Assembly (NCBI GenBank): GCA_014584465.1
Contig: JACTMU010000021.1
Coordinates: 9,743 to 73,742, forward strand
Source: Pseudomonadota bacterium
GTDB lineage: Bacteria; Bdellovibrionota; Bdellovibrionia; Bdellovibrionales; JACTMU01
DNA: 64,000 bases
Direction of reading: 5' to 3'
Shown: positions 35,742-46,249 of the stretch, in pieces
How positions within the stretch are numbered: the first letter of the stretch is position 1
Layout of the letters: each line of letters starts with the position of its first letter
Program-made: the position numbers and the translations under genes
The notes under the pieces: generated by a model
Seen by the model: only the letters and a program-made list of their open reading frames with translations
What the model was told of the DNA's origin: nothing
Database searches by the model: none

Positions 35742-37013
35742 CTAGCTTAGATAGTCTCGCCAGATGTTCATCAATTTTGGATTGAGGTGTGCGACACAAA
35801 GTGTGCCGGTCGAGGCCTCTTCTTTACGAAGGATTTTAGCAGTGCGGCTCAGCTCAAAGATCTTCTGCTCCTCTCCCTTTGGAAAAAAGAGGGTGATCTC
35901 TCTTTGCAAAGTATCTAAGGTCTCTTCCATAAGTTGAGTGAGCTGGTCAATCCCTTCGCCTGTGAGAGCACTGATAAAGGTCCGTGGATGATCGGAGATT
36001 TCAAAGCGTCGTTGGATGGGTGCCTTGTCACACTTATTAAAGATGTGAATGATGGGTTTACGGTCCCAACCAAATTCATGGATGAGTTCCTTTACGATCT
36101 GGACCTGTTTGGCCATTTGTGGGTTGGATAGATCAACCACATGAAGCAATATGTCGGCATCTTGGGACTCCTCTAAAGTCGCTTTGAAAGCCTCAATAAG
36201 ATGGTGAGGAAGTTTTCGTATAAATCCCACAGTATCGGTAATGACCGTCGAAGCACCACTGGGAAGACGAAATTTTCGGGTGATTGGATCAAGTGTCGCA
36301 AAGAGTTGATCTTCGGCATAGACTTGTGAGTGGCAAAGACGGTTCAGGAGCGTGCTCTTTCCAGAATTTGTGTATCCGATGAGGGCAAAGCTTGCGATCT
36401 CGTGACGCTGTCTGAGAGCACGATGTTGCAATCGATTCTTTCGAACCGTTTCAAGTTTGTTACGGATGACTTTGACTCGCGAATGAATTCGACGACGATC
36501 GATTTCAAGTGCAGTTTCGCCAGGTCCTCGAGTTCCAATTCCTCCCCCAAGACGAGAGAGAGAGCCTTTCCAGGCGTGAACCATTCGCGGGAGTTGATCC
36601 AGCATCTGGGCCAACTCGACCTGAAGTTGGCCTTCATAGCTCTTGGCTCTTTGGGCAAAGATGTCCAAGATCAATTGACTTCGATCGAGAACTCGAACCT
36701 TCAGTCGTTCCTCAATGTTTCGAGACTGAACCCCCGACAGCGAGTGATCGAAAACAACAAGTTGAGCTTCAGTTGCTTCGATCATCTCTCCAATTTCGTT
36801 GAGTTTCCCATCGCCGATGAGAATTGCAGGGTTCCAACTTTCTACGGCTTGGTAGGTCGACCCGATGACCGCACCACCTGCGGTCTCCACCAACTCTTGA
36901 AGTTCCGCAAGACTCTCTTTAATCTCTTCGAGTCCATCTTTCTTGAGTCCGACACCCACAACGATCGCACGTTCAGGTTCTTGTTGGAGGTTCTTATCCA
37001 ACTTCTTATCCAT
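35742..37013 (-). CDS. hflX: GTPase HflX
   Basis: [12 protein letters not shown] (G1), DTVGF (G3), NKCD (G4) and the HflX N-terminal domain. Overlaps the maeB stop by 8 nt. Confidence 0.9.
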   Translation of the reverse strand: MDKKLDKNLQQEPERAIVVGVGLKKDGLEEIKESLAELQELVETAGGAVIGSTYQAVESWNPAILIGDGKLNEIGEMIEATEAQLVVFDHSLSGVQSRNIEERLKVRVLDRSQLILDIFAQRAKSYEGQLQVELAQMLDQLPRMVHAWKGSLSRLGGGIGTRGPGETALEIDRRRIHSRVKVIRNKLETVRKNRLQHRALRQRHEIASFALIGYTNSGKSTLLNRLCHSQVYAEDQLFATLDPITRKFRLPSGASTVITDTVGFIRKLPHHLIEAFKATLEESQDADILLHVVDLSNPQMAKQVQIVKELIHEFGWDRKPIIHIFNKCDKAPIQRRFEISDHPRTFISALTGEGIDQLTQLMEETLDTLQREITLFFPKGEEQKIFELSRTAKILRKEEASTGTLCVAHLNPKLMNIWRDYLS

Positions 37014-39291
37014 GAATCATGACTTCATCAATGAGGGCCTGGGCCTGAAGAGCAGTCAGGATCATACCGTTGATGATGTCATCAATGGATCCCGTTCGCT
37101 GAACCACATTGGCGGGCTTTTTAACTCCCATCAAAAAGGGGCCAATCACCTCTCCACCACCAAGCTGCTGAACAAGCTTGTAGGCAATGTTTCCGGCATC
37201 GAGATTGGGAAAAATGAGAATGTTGGCTCCATCTTTGATTTCGCAAAAGGGAAAGATGCGCTCCACGATCTCAGGTTTTACAGCTGTATCGGCCTGCATC
37301 TCACCATCGATGATCAGATCAGGGCAACGTTCCTTAACTAACTCCACGGCACGTTTCATCTTTGCAGGTGATCCGGATTTACCCGTGAAGTTGGAGTAGC
37401 TCAGCATTGCAATCTTGGGAGAGATCCCAAAATAGCGAGCCACTTTCGAAGCGTGAATGGCAATGTTGGCGAGCTGTTCTGCAGATGGATCGATATTGAC
37501 AGCAGTATCTGCAAAGAGGATCAGTTTGTGGTTCACGAGGACAAAGTTAAGTCCAGAAGCCGTATTGAGCGTTCCCGGTCCTATAACTTGAAGAATCGGT
37601 CGTACACACTCGGCATAGTTTTGAGTTGTCCCCGTGATCAGAGCGTCGGCGTCTCCCATACGCACCATCATGGCCGCAAAGTATTGGGGATCCATCATGA
37701 GTTTGCGAGCTTCGGCATACATGACCCCTTTGCGCTGTCGAAGTTTCAAAAATTCATTAATATACTTTTGAAAATGGGGATGTTTCGATGGACGATAAAC
37801 GGGCAAATCGCGAAGGAGATCCGAATCCAGCTCTTCAATCAGTGGAGCCACCTCTTCGGGGCGTCCTAAAAGAATGGGACGAACGACCCCCTCCTCCATC
37901 ACTGTGTGCAGAGCACGCAACATCGAAGGGCTTGCGGCTTCAGGTATTGCCAACAACGGCACAGGTTGATTTCTGGCTCGGGCCTGAGCTTTGACACGAT
38001 GGATGACGGTTCGCATGAAACCGCGCGTGGCCCCTTGAGTTGCTTCTAGCTGATCTCGATAGGCCTGAAGATCCTTGATTGGACGTTGAGCCACACCACA
38101 CTCCATCGCGGCTTTTGCAACTGCAGGTGCAACCCAGAGGAGCACTCGCGGATCAAAGGGTTTAGGAATGATGTAGTCGACCCCAAAGTGGAATGCCTGT
38201 CCGCCGTAGGCTTGAGAGACACTGTCGGGAACATCTTCCCGAGCAAGTTCGGCAAGAGCCTTCACTGCGGCAAGTTTCATCTCTTCGTTGATGCAGGTTG
38301 CTCGCACATCCAAGGCGCCACGAAAGATGTAGGGAAATCCAAGGACGTTGTTGACCTGGTTGGGAAAGTCACTTCGCCCCGTCGCCATGATCACATCACC
38401 TCGAACCGATTGGGCGTCATGGGGAAGGATCTCTGGGTCAGGATTGGCCATCGCAAAGACGATGGGACGATCTGCCATTGCAAGGAGCATCTCTTTGGAC
38501 ATTGTACCTGCCACACTGAGTCCCACAAAGACATCGGCTCCCGTCAGTGCCTCGGCAAGCGTTCGAGCTTTTGTGGGCACTGCAAACTCCTCTTTGTAGA
38601 GGTTCATTCCTTCAGTACGTCCTTTGTAAATCACGCCGCTGCGATCACACATAAGAATGTTTTCTAGTTTGACGCCGATTCGAACAAAGAGTTTGGCACA
38701 TGCTATGGCTGCGGCACCAGCTCCGTTGACCACCACTTTGATTCGATCGAGTTTTCGATCGGTGAGGTGGCACGCATTGATGAGAGCTGCTCCTGAGATG
38801 ATGGCCGTGCCATGTTGATCATCGTGAAAAACGGGGATCTTTAGCTCTTTCTTCAAACGTTGCTCAATTTCAAAACATTCAGGGGCCTTGATGTCCTCAA
38901 GATTGATGCCACCAAAGGTGGGCTCTAAGGCTTTGACGGCCTGAACAAACTCGTCAATCGAATGGGTGTTGAGCTCAATGTCAAAGACGTTGATATTGGC
39001 AAACTGTTTGAAAAGAATCCCCTTGCCCTCCATGACGGGCTTTCCGGCAAGCGGTCCAATGTCACCAAGTCCCAATACAGCTGTGCCATTGGTGACCACG
39101 CCCACAAGATTCCCTTTGGTTGTGTATTCGTAAACCAGAGAGGGATCTCTTTTGATCTCTAAACAGGGCGCTGCCACTCCAGGCGAGTATGCGAGCGAGA
39201 GAGCCTTTTCAGTGTGAGTTGGTTTGCTTGGAATAACTTCAATTTTCCCAGGGGTGGGTTTGGCGTGAAATTCTAGGGCCTCTTTCGACAT
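37006..39291 (-). CDS. maeB: NADP-dependent malic enzyme (malic enzyme + phosphate acetyltransferase-like domain)
   Basis: 761 aa. N-half malic enzyme ([32 protein letters not shown]) and a PTA-like C-half. Confidence 0.9.
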   Translation of the reverse strand: MSKEALEFHAKPTPGKIEVIPSKPTHTEKALSLAYSPGVAAPCLEIKRDPSLVYEYTTKGNLVGVVTNGTAVLGLGDIGPLAGKPVMEGKGILFKQFANINVFDIELNTHSIDEFVQAVKALEPTFGGINLEDIKAPECFEIEQRLKKELKIPVFHDDQHGTAIISGAALINACHLTDRKLDRIKVVVNGAGAAAIACAKLFVRIGVKLENILMCDRSGVIYKGRTEGMNLYKEEFAVPTKARTLAEALTGADVFVGLSVAGTMSKEMLLAMADRPIVFAMANPDPEILPHDAQSVRGDVIMATGRSDFPNQVNNVLGFPYIFRGALDVRATCINEEMKLAAVKALAELAREDVPDSVSQAYGGQAFHFGVDYIIPKPFDPRVLLWVAPAVAKAAMECGVAQRPIKDLQAYRDQLEATQGATRGFMRTVIHRVKAQARARNQPVPLLAIPEAASPSMLRALHTVMEEGVVRPILLGRPEEVAPLIEELDSDLLRDLPVYRPSKHPHFQKYINEFLKLRQRKGVMYAEARKLMMDPQYFAAMMVRMGDADALITGTTQNYAECVRPILQVIGPGTLNTASGLNFVLVNHKLILFADTAVNIDPSAEQLANIAIHASKVARYFGISPKIAMLSYSNFTGKSGSPAKMKRAVELVKERCPDLIIDGEMQADTAVKPEIVERIFPFCEIKDGANILIFPNLDAGNIAYKLVQQLGGGEVIGPFLMGVKKPANVVQRTGSIDDIINGMILTALQAQALIDEVMIHG

Positions 39292-39439
39292 AGTTTGCCC
39301 TCCTTTGATTCTTGAGTATGAAGCAACGTTTTACTTTGTTCAATGATGCCGCGCAACTAACACTCTGCCATTTCACAGATTTCAATTCTGTATTGTATAT
39401 AAACGAACGATTGACAAATGCGGTGTAGCATCCCATCAA

Positions 39440-39514
39440 TAGAGTCGATTCCGAAAATTCTGCGTTGCAAATTGCGACGGAAGTTGTGTCGTAGAATTTT
39501 CGGAATTGACTCTA
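39440..39514. repeat. nested-palindrome intergenic repeat, compact copy A (75 nt)
   Basis: TAGAGTCGATTCCGAAAATTCTGCGTTGCAA-ATTGCGACGGAAG-TTGTGTCGTAGAATTTTCGGAATTGACTCTA. Arms of about 31 nt are about 85 percent complementary. The element ends 25 nt before the fadI start codon. Confidence 0.6.
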
Positions 39515-39539
39515 GTATCAAAAAATTCAAGGAGCGAGT

Positions 39540-40847
39540 ATGGCTGATGAGAGGGATGTGGTCATTGTTGATGGTGTGCGAACTCCATTTGTAAAGTCCG
39601 GTGGTAAGTTTAAGGATCTCCACACCACAGAACTTGGTAGGGCAGCGCTCAAAGAGCTCATTGCTCGCACTCATATTGATGTCAACAAGGTCGATGAAGT
39701 CGTCATTGGCAATACCGGGAACCCCTCAGACTCGGCCAATGTCGCCAGGGTGGTTGCGCTCAATGCGGGAGTCCCTCAGCACGTACCAGCGGTCACGGTG
39801 CATAGAAATTGTGCATCTGCGCTTGAGGCCATCACAGACAGTTTCAACCGCATTCGCGCTGGCTATGGTGAGGTGATTCTTGCCGGCGGCACTGAGAATA
39901 TGTCTCAGATGCCTCTTCTTTTTACTAAGAGATTTCAGGATATCTTTTCAGAGTTTGCTTTTGCAAAGAGTGCGGGCAAGAAGATTGCAGCGCTTAAAAA
40001 ACTTAAACTTGTGGACCTTAAACCCCGTGTGGCACTCCTGGAAGGGTTAACGGATCCATTTGCTGAGATCAATATGGGGCAAACTGCCGAGATATTGGCC
40101 CGAGAGTTCAAGATCACTCGTCAGGAGCAAGATGAGTTTGCAAAGCGAAGTCACGATCGAGTGGTTGCTGCGATGAAGTCGGGACGCTTGGCGCAGGAGA
40201 TCATTCCTGTCTTTTTGCCTCCGAAGTTTGAGGATGTGGTTAACGAAGATATAGGGCCTCGAGAGGGGCAATCCATGGAAAAACTCGCAGCTCTTAAACC
40301 CTTTTTTGACAGGAAATATGGGACCATCACCCCAGGGAACTCATGTCCCATTACGGATGGTGCCGCGATGGTTCTTATGATGACCAGAAAGAGGGCTCAA
40401 GAACTTGGCTATAAGCCGATCGCTCGGATTGTGAGTTATGGATTTGCAGGTCTTGAGCCGGAGCGCATGGGATTGGGACCAGTTTATGCGGCCCCTGTAG
40501 CTTTGAAGCGCGCTGGGTTGACCATGAAGGATATGGGTTTGGTTGAAATCAATGAGGCTTTTGCGGCTCAGGTGTTGGCTTGTGTGAAGGCGTTTGCCTC
40601 TAAGGATTTTGCCAAGGAGAAATTGGGATTGGATCAAGCTGTGGGAGAGATCGATCCCGAGATTCTCAATGTCAATGGTGGTGCGATTGCACTGGGCCAC
40701 CCTGTGGGTGCAACCGGTGCCCGGTTGGTGATCACTCTGATGAGAGAGATGCAACTTCGAAAGGTTCGGTATGGGATGGCTTCACTTTGCATTGGTGGAG
40801 GTCAAGGTGGTGCCGTGATCTTGGAAAATGAGGAGAGCGTAGCATGA
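39540..40847 (+). CDS. fadI: acetyl-CoA C-acyltransferase (FadI-type 3-ketoacyl-CoA thiolase)
   Basis: 435 aa. Thiolase motifs (VHRNCASALEAI active-site Cys region, NVNGGAIALGHPVGATGARL, CIGGGQGGA). Length and thiolase-first gene order match fadIJ. Confidence 0.88.
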   Translation: MADERDVVIVDGVRTPFVKSGGKFKDLHTTELGRAALKELIARTHIDVNKVDEVVIGNTGNPSDSANVARVVALNAGVPQHVPAVTVHRNCASALEAITDSFNRIRAGYGEVILAGGTENMSQMPLLFTKRFQDIFSEFAFAKSAGKKIAALKKLKLVDLKPRVALLEGLTDPFAEINMGQTAEILAREFKITRQEQDEFAKRSHDRVVAAMKSGRLAQEIIPVFLPPKFEDVVNEDIGPREGQSMEKLAALKPFFDRKYGTITPGNSCPITDGAAMVLMMTRKRAQELGYKPIARIVSYGFAGLEPERMGLGPVYAAPVALKRAGLTMKDMGLVEINEAFAAQVLACVKAFASKDFAKEKLGLDQAVGEIDPEILNVNGGAIALGHPVGATGARLVITLMREMQLRKVRYGMASLCIGGGQGGAVILENEESVA

Positions 40848-42985
40848 GCATTCAAGAGAGTTTACGAATTGTCGAACGTGGAGACGTGGCGCTCATGGAG
40901 TGGGATCTTGTGGGCGAGAAGGTCAATAAACTCTCTTCACCCATCATGACTCGCTTTGATGAACTCCTCGATCAGATTGCACGTTCGTCTTATAAGGCGG
41001 TCATTTTGATCTCTCGCAAACCATCCATTTTTATTGCGGGAGCCGACATCAACGAGATTCAAACATTTAAGAATCAGGAGGCCTTCGTCGGAGGTGCTTC
41101 CAGTGGGCAAAAGATCATCAATAAGATGGAGGAGATTCCGATCCCCTTCATAGCTGCAATTCACGGTGCTGCGCTTGGCGGGGGTTGTGAAATTGCTTTG
41201 GCCTGTGATTATCGAATGGCCACCAGTGACAATGCCACACGCATTGGCCTTCCTGAGACACGACTTGGAATTATTCCTGGATTTGGTGGGTGTGTTCGTC
41301 TGCCTCGGATCGTCGGTCTTCAGGCTTCTTTGGACATCATTCTTGCGGGAAAAGCAGTTGATGGCAAGAAGGCTCTAAAGATGGGTTTGATTGACGAACT
41401 TGTTCCTTTGGAGAATCTCGAGGAATATGCGCTTCGTTTGGCTCAAGAGATCAAGTCTCGAGGCAAGCGTAAGAAATATTTCAAACCTAAAAAGACTTTG
41501 GATCGATTTTTGGAGTCTATGGTGGGTCGTCAAGTGGTTTTCAATCAGGCTAAGAAGACTCTGATGAAGCAGACGATGGGACACTATCCGGCGCCCCTGA
41601 AGGCTCTTGAGGTCATTAAGTCGACTTATGGGATGAGAAATCTCAATCGATCTCTGGATATTGAAGCCAAAGGTTTTGGTGAAGTCGCAGTGACCGATGT
41701 GAGTAAGAATTTGATCAACCTCTTTTTCATGATGGAAGGGGTGAAAAAGCAAAATGGGGTGAAAGACCCTTCAGTGCAACCTCTTCCTGTGCAGCGTTTG
41801 GGTGTCTTAGGTGCCGGTGTGATGGGGGGTGGAATTGCCTATGCTGCTGCCGACAAGGGCATTGATGTAAGGATGAAAGATATTCAACTTGGAGCCATCG
41901 GAACTGGGCTCAAGGCTGCCTACGTCCTTTGGGATAAAAAGGTGAAGAAGCGTCGAATGACCCCCAAGCAGCGTGATCGAAAGATGGCGTTGATCTCTGG
42001 AGGAATTGATTTTTCAGGATTTGAAAACCTCGATCTTGTTGTGGAAGCTGTGGTCGAGGATATGGGGATCAAGCAGAAAGTGATTGGAGACACTGCGGGA
42101 CATTGCCGCTCCAACTGCATCATTGCGACCAACACCTCTTCTTTGAGTGTCACTGAAATGTCCAAAGGGCATCCCCATCCGGAAAATTTTGTGGGAATGC
42201 ACTTTTTCAACCCAGTGGATAAGATGCCTCTGGTTGAGGTGATTCGCGGAGAGAAGACCAGCGATGTTGCCACGGCCACGGTCTTTGAAGTTGCAAAGAA
42301 GATGGGGAAGACTCCGGTCGTTGTTAAGGATGGACCTGGTTTTTTGGTGAATCGTCTTTTGCTTCCCTATTTGGGAGAGGCAGCCTTTCTTTTGGGCGAG
42401 GGGATGTCGATCGAGAGTCTGGATCGCTTTTATAAAGAGGAGTTTGGTATGCCCATGGGGCCGTGTCGACTGCTCGATGAGGTGGGAATCGATGTGGCGA
42501 TCAAGGTGCTCAAGATCTTTAAAAAGGCCCTTGGAAATCGGGCTGAAATTTCGCCGCTTCTTTCGCAGCTTGAGGGGACGGATCGTCTTGGTAAGAAAGG
42601 TGGCAAAGGGTTTTACCTCTACGATGAAAATGGCAAAGAGAAGCAGGTCGACCATTCCATCTACAAAGAACTGGGCTTGGCTGAGCCGAAGGATCCTCTG
42701 ACCTCAAGAGAGTGCCTTGAACGAGGAATCTTTTCGATGATCAACGAGGCCACTCTTGTGTTGGTTGAGGAGCAGATCGTATCTTCCGCCGAAGAGCTGG
42801 ATTTGGCGATGATTATGGGGACAGGTTTCCCGCCCTTTCGAGGTGGGCTGCTTCGTTATGCCGATTCGGTCGGCACCGAGTACATCGTTGATGAACTTGA
42901 GATGTACAGCAGCCGCTACGGGGCTCGTTTCAAACCCTGCAATCCGTTAAGGAACATGGCCAAGACCAAAAGAACCTTTTACTAA
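40844..42985 (+). CDS. fadJ: fatty acid oxidation complex alpha subunit (enoyl-CoA hydratase / 3-hydroxyacyl-CoA dehydrogenase)
   Basis: 713 aa. Crotonase N-half (FIAGADI, GGGCEIALACD) and a HAD Rossmann motif GVLGAGVMGGGIA. ATGA overlap with fadI. Confidence 0.9.
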   Translation: MSIQESLRIVERGDVALMEWDLVGEKVNKLSSPIMTRFDELLDQIARSSYKAVILISRKPSIFIAGADINEIQTFKNQEAFVGGASSGQKIINKMEEIPIPFIAAIHGAALGGGCEIALACDYRMATSDNATRIGLPETRLGIIPGFGGCVRLPRIVGLQASLDIILAGKAVDGKKALKMGLIDELVPLENLEEYALRLAQEIKSRGKRKKYFKPKKTLDRFLESMVGRQVVFNQAKKTLMKQTMGHYPAPLKALEVIKSTYGMRNLNRSLDIEAKGFGEVAVTDVSKNLINLFFMMEGVKKQNGVKDPSVQPLPVQRLGVLGAGVMGGGIAYAAADKGIDVRMKDIQLGAIGTGLKAAYVLWDKKVKKRRMTPKQRDRKMALISGGIDFSGFENLDLVVEAVVEDMGIKQKVIGDTAGHCRSNCIIATNTSSLSVTEMSKGHPHPENFVGMHFFNPVDKMPLVEVIRGEKTSDVATATVFEVAKKMGKTPVVVKDGPGFLVNRLLLPYLGEAAFLLGEGMSIESLDRFYKEEFGMPMGPCRLLDEVGIDVAIKVLKIFKKALGNRAEISPLLSQLEGTDRLGKKGGKGFYLYDENGKEKQVDHSIYKELGLAEPKDPLTSRECLERGIFSMINEATLVLVEEQIVSSAEELDLAMIMGTGFPPFRGGLLRYADSVGTEYIVDELEMYSSRYGARFKPCNPLRNMAKTKRTFY

Positions 42986-43178
42986 CCCAGAGATCCTAAG
43001 TGCTCGAAGAATCGACCTCACCGTATCACTTGGGATACGCCTCGGCCTGTCTAGTCCTTTGACAGATGTATGACCGAAAGTGGAAGGGGTTGAGCATGCC
43101 ATGTGATTTTGGTCCCTGACTCAATTTGAGAGGATCTGGCAGGAAGAAAAGCGGCACCGATATTGCCATTCCCTATAT

Positions 43179-43340
43179 TAGTCCATTCGGAAAATTCTAC
43201 GTCACAAATTGCGAAGGGTTTTTTACCAGATTGAACAAAGATTGACGAAGGACTAGCCAGAAGCTAATTCGAGGAGATTTTTGTTCAATCTGGTGAAAAA
43301 AAGCAAGCAAGTTGTGTCGTAGAATTTTCCGAATGGACTA
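43179..43340. repeat. nested-palindrome intergenic repeat, expanded copy B (162 nt)
   Basis: TAGTCCATTCGGAAAATTCTACGTCACAA-ATTGCGAAGGG-[84-nt inner hairpin: TTTTTTACCAGATTGAACAAA...TTTGTTCAATCTGGTGAAAAAAA]-GCAAGCAAG-TTGTGTCGTAGAATTTTCCGAATGGACTA. Outer arms match 28/29. The element ends 12 nt before the next start codon. Confidence 0.6.
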
Positions 43341-43352
43341 AATGGAGGCTTT

Positions 43353-44018
43353 ATGAGGACGACGTCAATATGGGTGGCGGCAGTTGCCCTTTTCCTGATC
43401 CAGGTGGGATGTGGGAATAAGAAAGATCATCAAAGAGAGATCACTTCCGGCGATCGAGTGGCTCGAGGCGCTGTGGGATCTCGAAGTTCCCAACCTAATA
43501 TGGAGCAAGCGGTAGGCTTGATTGGCGGTGATTGGCTCTATTGGGAAGAGTTTCAAGATGAGGTTCTAGGATTTTTGAGTTCTTCAATTGAACCCAATTC
43601 TGTGGGTGAAGTAAGCCCCTACGAAGGTGAACCGACAGGAGTGCGGTTTTGGGGAGACATTCAGTTGGTCAATGGGAATCAGGGAAATGGATTTCTTTCA
43701 GGAGAGGTCTCTCCCGACTCATGGTTGCAAATTTCAGTGTGGGACTCTTTTTCAGGACAGATCGACCCAGAAGGCAACGCGGTCTCTGAAATTCCCATCT
43801 ACTTTCCTCGCGCTGTGGGCGGCTATGTGGATTATGAAGGTGCGGAAATCATCTTTGAGGATGAATATGGTTATGTTGTGCTCACAGGTTCCTTTACGGA
43901 TTATGAGTTTCAGGGGGATCTCTACTATGAGAACTACACCTCGTGGGATGGAGGCGCTCCGACTCGCGGTTATCTCCCCTTTGTCATTGAGACTTGCGGC
44001 TTTTTTCGTTGTCAGTAG
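43353..44018 (+). CDS. lipoprotein of unknown function
   Basis: MRTTSIWVAAVALFLIQVGC lipobox with GGAGG RBS. Acidic/aromatic mature domain. The last 35 nt overlap the convergent hydrolase gene. Confidence 0.5.
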   Translation: MRTTSIWVAAVALFLIQVGCGNKKDHQREITSGDRVARGAVGSRSSQPNMEQAVGLIGGDWLYWEEFQDEVLGFLSSSIEPNSVGEVSPYEGEPTGVRFWGDIQLVNGNQGNGFLSGEVSPDSWLQISVWDSFSGQIDPEGNAVSEIPIYFPRAVGGYVDYEGAEIIFEDEYGYVVLTGSFTDYEFQGDLYYENYTSWDGGAPTRGYLPFVIETCGFFRCQ

Positions 44019-44979
44019 ATTGATCGGTTTTTGGACAGATCCTTAACAACCCGTCGATGATGGTATTTATAATAATCTTATGTTGATCAAAGGCCATGGC
44101 ATGGCCGCACTGATTTACCCCAACGAGAGTTGACGAGGGGATCAGTTGCTTCAGATATTTGGCGGACTCAACTGAGAAGATCTTATCATTGAGGCCCTGA
44201 AGAATGATGGTTGGGATCGAAACATGACTCAACCTCCTAACCCACTCACTCCAATTAACATGAGGTGCAAAACGTGCAAAATTATGGATCGACTCGCCCA
44301 CATAGGGCTGTTTGATCACCAAATATCCCAGCTGTAGATAAAAACTATCAAGAAGGCGCCCCTTATAGAGGTTTTCTTTGACCACCATGAGGTATTGCGG
44401 GCGCGAGAGCAACCGATGAATTGCACGAGAGACAAATTCAAATCGATTGGCCTGAAAGATCAACTTATAGAGGTGGGACCTCATGTACCGCATAGGATAG
44501 GGAGGCATTGGATTGATGAGCAGAAGTTTTTCTACGGCGGGAACTCCAAGGGCAGCCGCGGCCCAGGCCACAGCAGCTCCATAGGATATGCCAACTAAGT
44601 AGGCTCTCTTAATTTTTCTCTTTTCAAGAAAATCGTTGAGTGCTTCAACATGGTCTGTCACGCTGTTAAGGTCACTGTATCCAGGAGAAAAACCCCAGCC
44701 AGGAAGATCAAGAGCATAGGTGTGGGCGTGCTTTGAAACAGGAACTAGAACTCGGGGCCAGTCCATAAAAAAACCCCCAAAGCCATGAAGCAGTATGATG
44801 GCAGGCCCTTCCTGATTGACCCCCATTTCCACAAACCGAAGGGGTTGTGAGTGAATCATCTCCGAAAGCAGGGTATCGGGAGGCTGGAGAGTCTCACCGG
44901 GATGGCTGTTCTTGACCATCTGCTCGAGATCCTCTAGAAGTTTTCGAAAATGGCGCATACCAATAGGATAGATTGACAA
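43984..44979 (-). CDS. alpha/beta-fold hydrolase
   Basis: HGFGG oxyanion region, GISYGAAVA nucleophile elbow (GxSxG), C-terminal GHAMAFD His region. Confidence 0.7.
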   Translation of the reverse strand: MSIYPIGMRHFRKLLEDLEQMVKNSHPGETLQPPDTLLSEMIHSQPLRFVEMGVNQEGPAIILLHGFGGFFMDWPRVLVPVSKHAHTYALDLPGWGFSPGYSDLNSVTDHVEALNDFLEKRKIKRAYLVGISYGAAVAWAAAALGVPAVEKLLLINPMPPYPMRYMRSHLYKLIFQANRFEFVSRAIHRLLSRPQYLMVVKENLYKGRLLDSFYLQLGYLVIKQPYVGESIHNFARFAPHVNWSEWVRRLSHVSIPTIILQGLNDKIFSVESAKYLKQLIPSSTLVGVNQCGHAMAFDQHKIIINTIIDGLLRICPKTDQSTDNEKSRKSQ

Positions 44980-45146
44980 GTAAAATGTGCCAAGTAAAAC
45001 GAGGTCCAGTGTCGCAATCTAAATCATTACAAAACAAATATAAGAAAAAGAAAGGATCACGTTTCACTTCGAGTGAGATCATTTCTACATCCTCGAGGCT
45101 GAGTTTTTCATTGACATTTTTGTGATAGCGTTGAGTCATAATCTGT

Positions 45147-46232
45147 ATGAGGGAAAATTTTTCGTTCAACGCCAACGTACTTGGTTGTGTCTTTGGTGGT
45201 CATTCCGTGATCGACATTGCGCAATTGGATATACATGATCTGGAAAAGGCAAAAGAGTTTATAAGAGCCTATGGGTACAACTTGGATGACCCAAAGGATC
45301 ATGAGGAGGCTTGGGGAATTCACCGTAGGGCCATCGGGTTTTTGAGGGATAAGATTTTAGAACCTGGTGAGGAGATTCCTGAGCTTCTTGTCGATCCAAA
45401 ACAGCTTAAGGACTTAGGGTATCTCTTGATCTACGTGAGCACCCAAGAGCATCAAGGCAATATGATCCAGAAATGGGCTTGTGCACTATTGAGAGTGATG
45501 CATGTCGTTGTGCATCTACGCAATGATCTCTTTAGCGTCTTTTATGAGGAGATTCAGGAGCAGGTATTAAGTCCAATGAGAAAACTCATTTCTGTGGATC
45601 CTCTTTCGGGAACGGCCCTCGGTGGGGTAAACTTTTCAGAAAGAATCAAATTGCACCGCTTTGATGTCAAACCATTGAAGAGTTCCGATAGCTCCATTGT
45701 CAAGATGCTTGCAAAGCCCAGCGCGGTGGCTCTCTACCTCTTTGACAAGTTGGGTGTTCGATTTGTAACTCGAAACCTTTTTGATGCCTTTAAGGTTGCC
45801 CGATTTCTTGTGGATCACCATCTGTTAAGTTTTCCTCACATCCTTCCAGACCAGTCCAACAACTCTCTCTATCCCTACAAGATCTTTCTTGAGGTTATGG
45901 ACGAGGTTAAGGATCAAGTTCTTGATGCTGATGAGGTTGAGAAGCTCTTAGTCCAAAAGCTCAAAAATTATGATTCGAAGTCAGAGAAGGTAAACCTCTT
46001 TTCCGGGGATGACTATCGATTCTTAAAGTTCATCAATCGGCAGTTGATACGAGTCAATATCAAAGTGGGTGAGAAGACGCGAGAGATCAGCTTCTTCTAT
46101 CCTTACGAGATCCAGATTATGAACTACGAAACCTATTTGAAGAACATCTCGGGTCCTGAATCTCATGATCAATACAAAGAGCGGCAACGACTTGCGGCTC
46201 GTCGTCGAGTGTTGGGCATTCGGGATTCTTAG
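45147..46232 (+). CDS. divergent RelA/SpoT-like nucleotidyltransferase domain protein
   Basis: Ordered motif series resembling small alarmone synthetases: HRFDVKPLKSSDSSIVKMLAK; FDKLGVRFVTRNLFD; GDDYRFLKFI; PYEIQIMNYETY. The N-terminal about 150 aa are unassigned. Confidence 0.5.
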   Translation: MRENFSFNANVLGCVFGGHSVIDIAQLDIHDLEKAKEFIRAYGYNLDDPKDHEEAWGIHRRAIGFLRDKILEPGEEIPELLVDPKQLKDLGYLLIYVSTQEHQGNMIQKWACALLRVMHVVVHLRNDLFSVFYEEIQEQVLSPMRKLISVDPLSGTALGGVNFSERIKLHRFDVKPLKSSDSSIVKMLAKPSAVALYLFDKLGVRFVTRNLFDAFKVARFLVDHHLLSFPHILPDQSNNSLYPYKIFLEVMDEVKDQVLDADEVEKLLVQKLKNYDSKSEKVNLFSGDDYRFLKFINRQLIRVNIKVGEKTREISFFYPYEIQIMNYETYLKNISGPESHDQYKERQRLAARRRVLGIRDS

Positions 46233-46249
46233 GACGTGGAGAACTCAAG

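Noticed and set aside
35260-35799. 179-aa minus-strand ORF spanning the barrel-3 3' end, the structured element and the hflX 3' end
   Set aside because: It overlaps two well-supported genes and the hairpin element, and has no motif or RBS.
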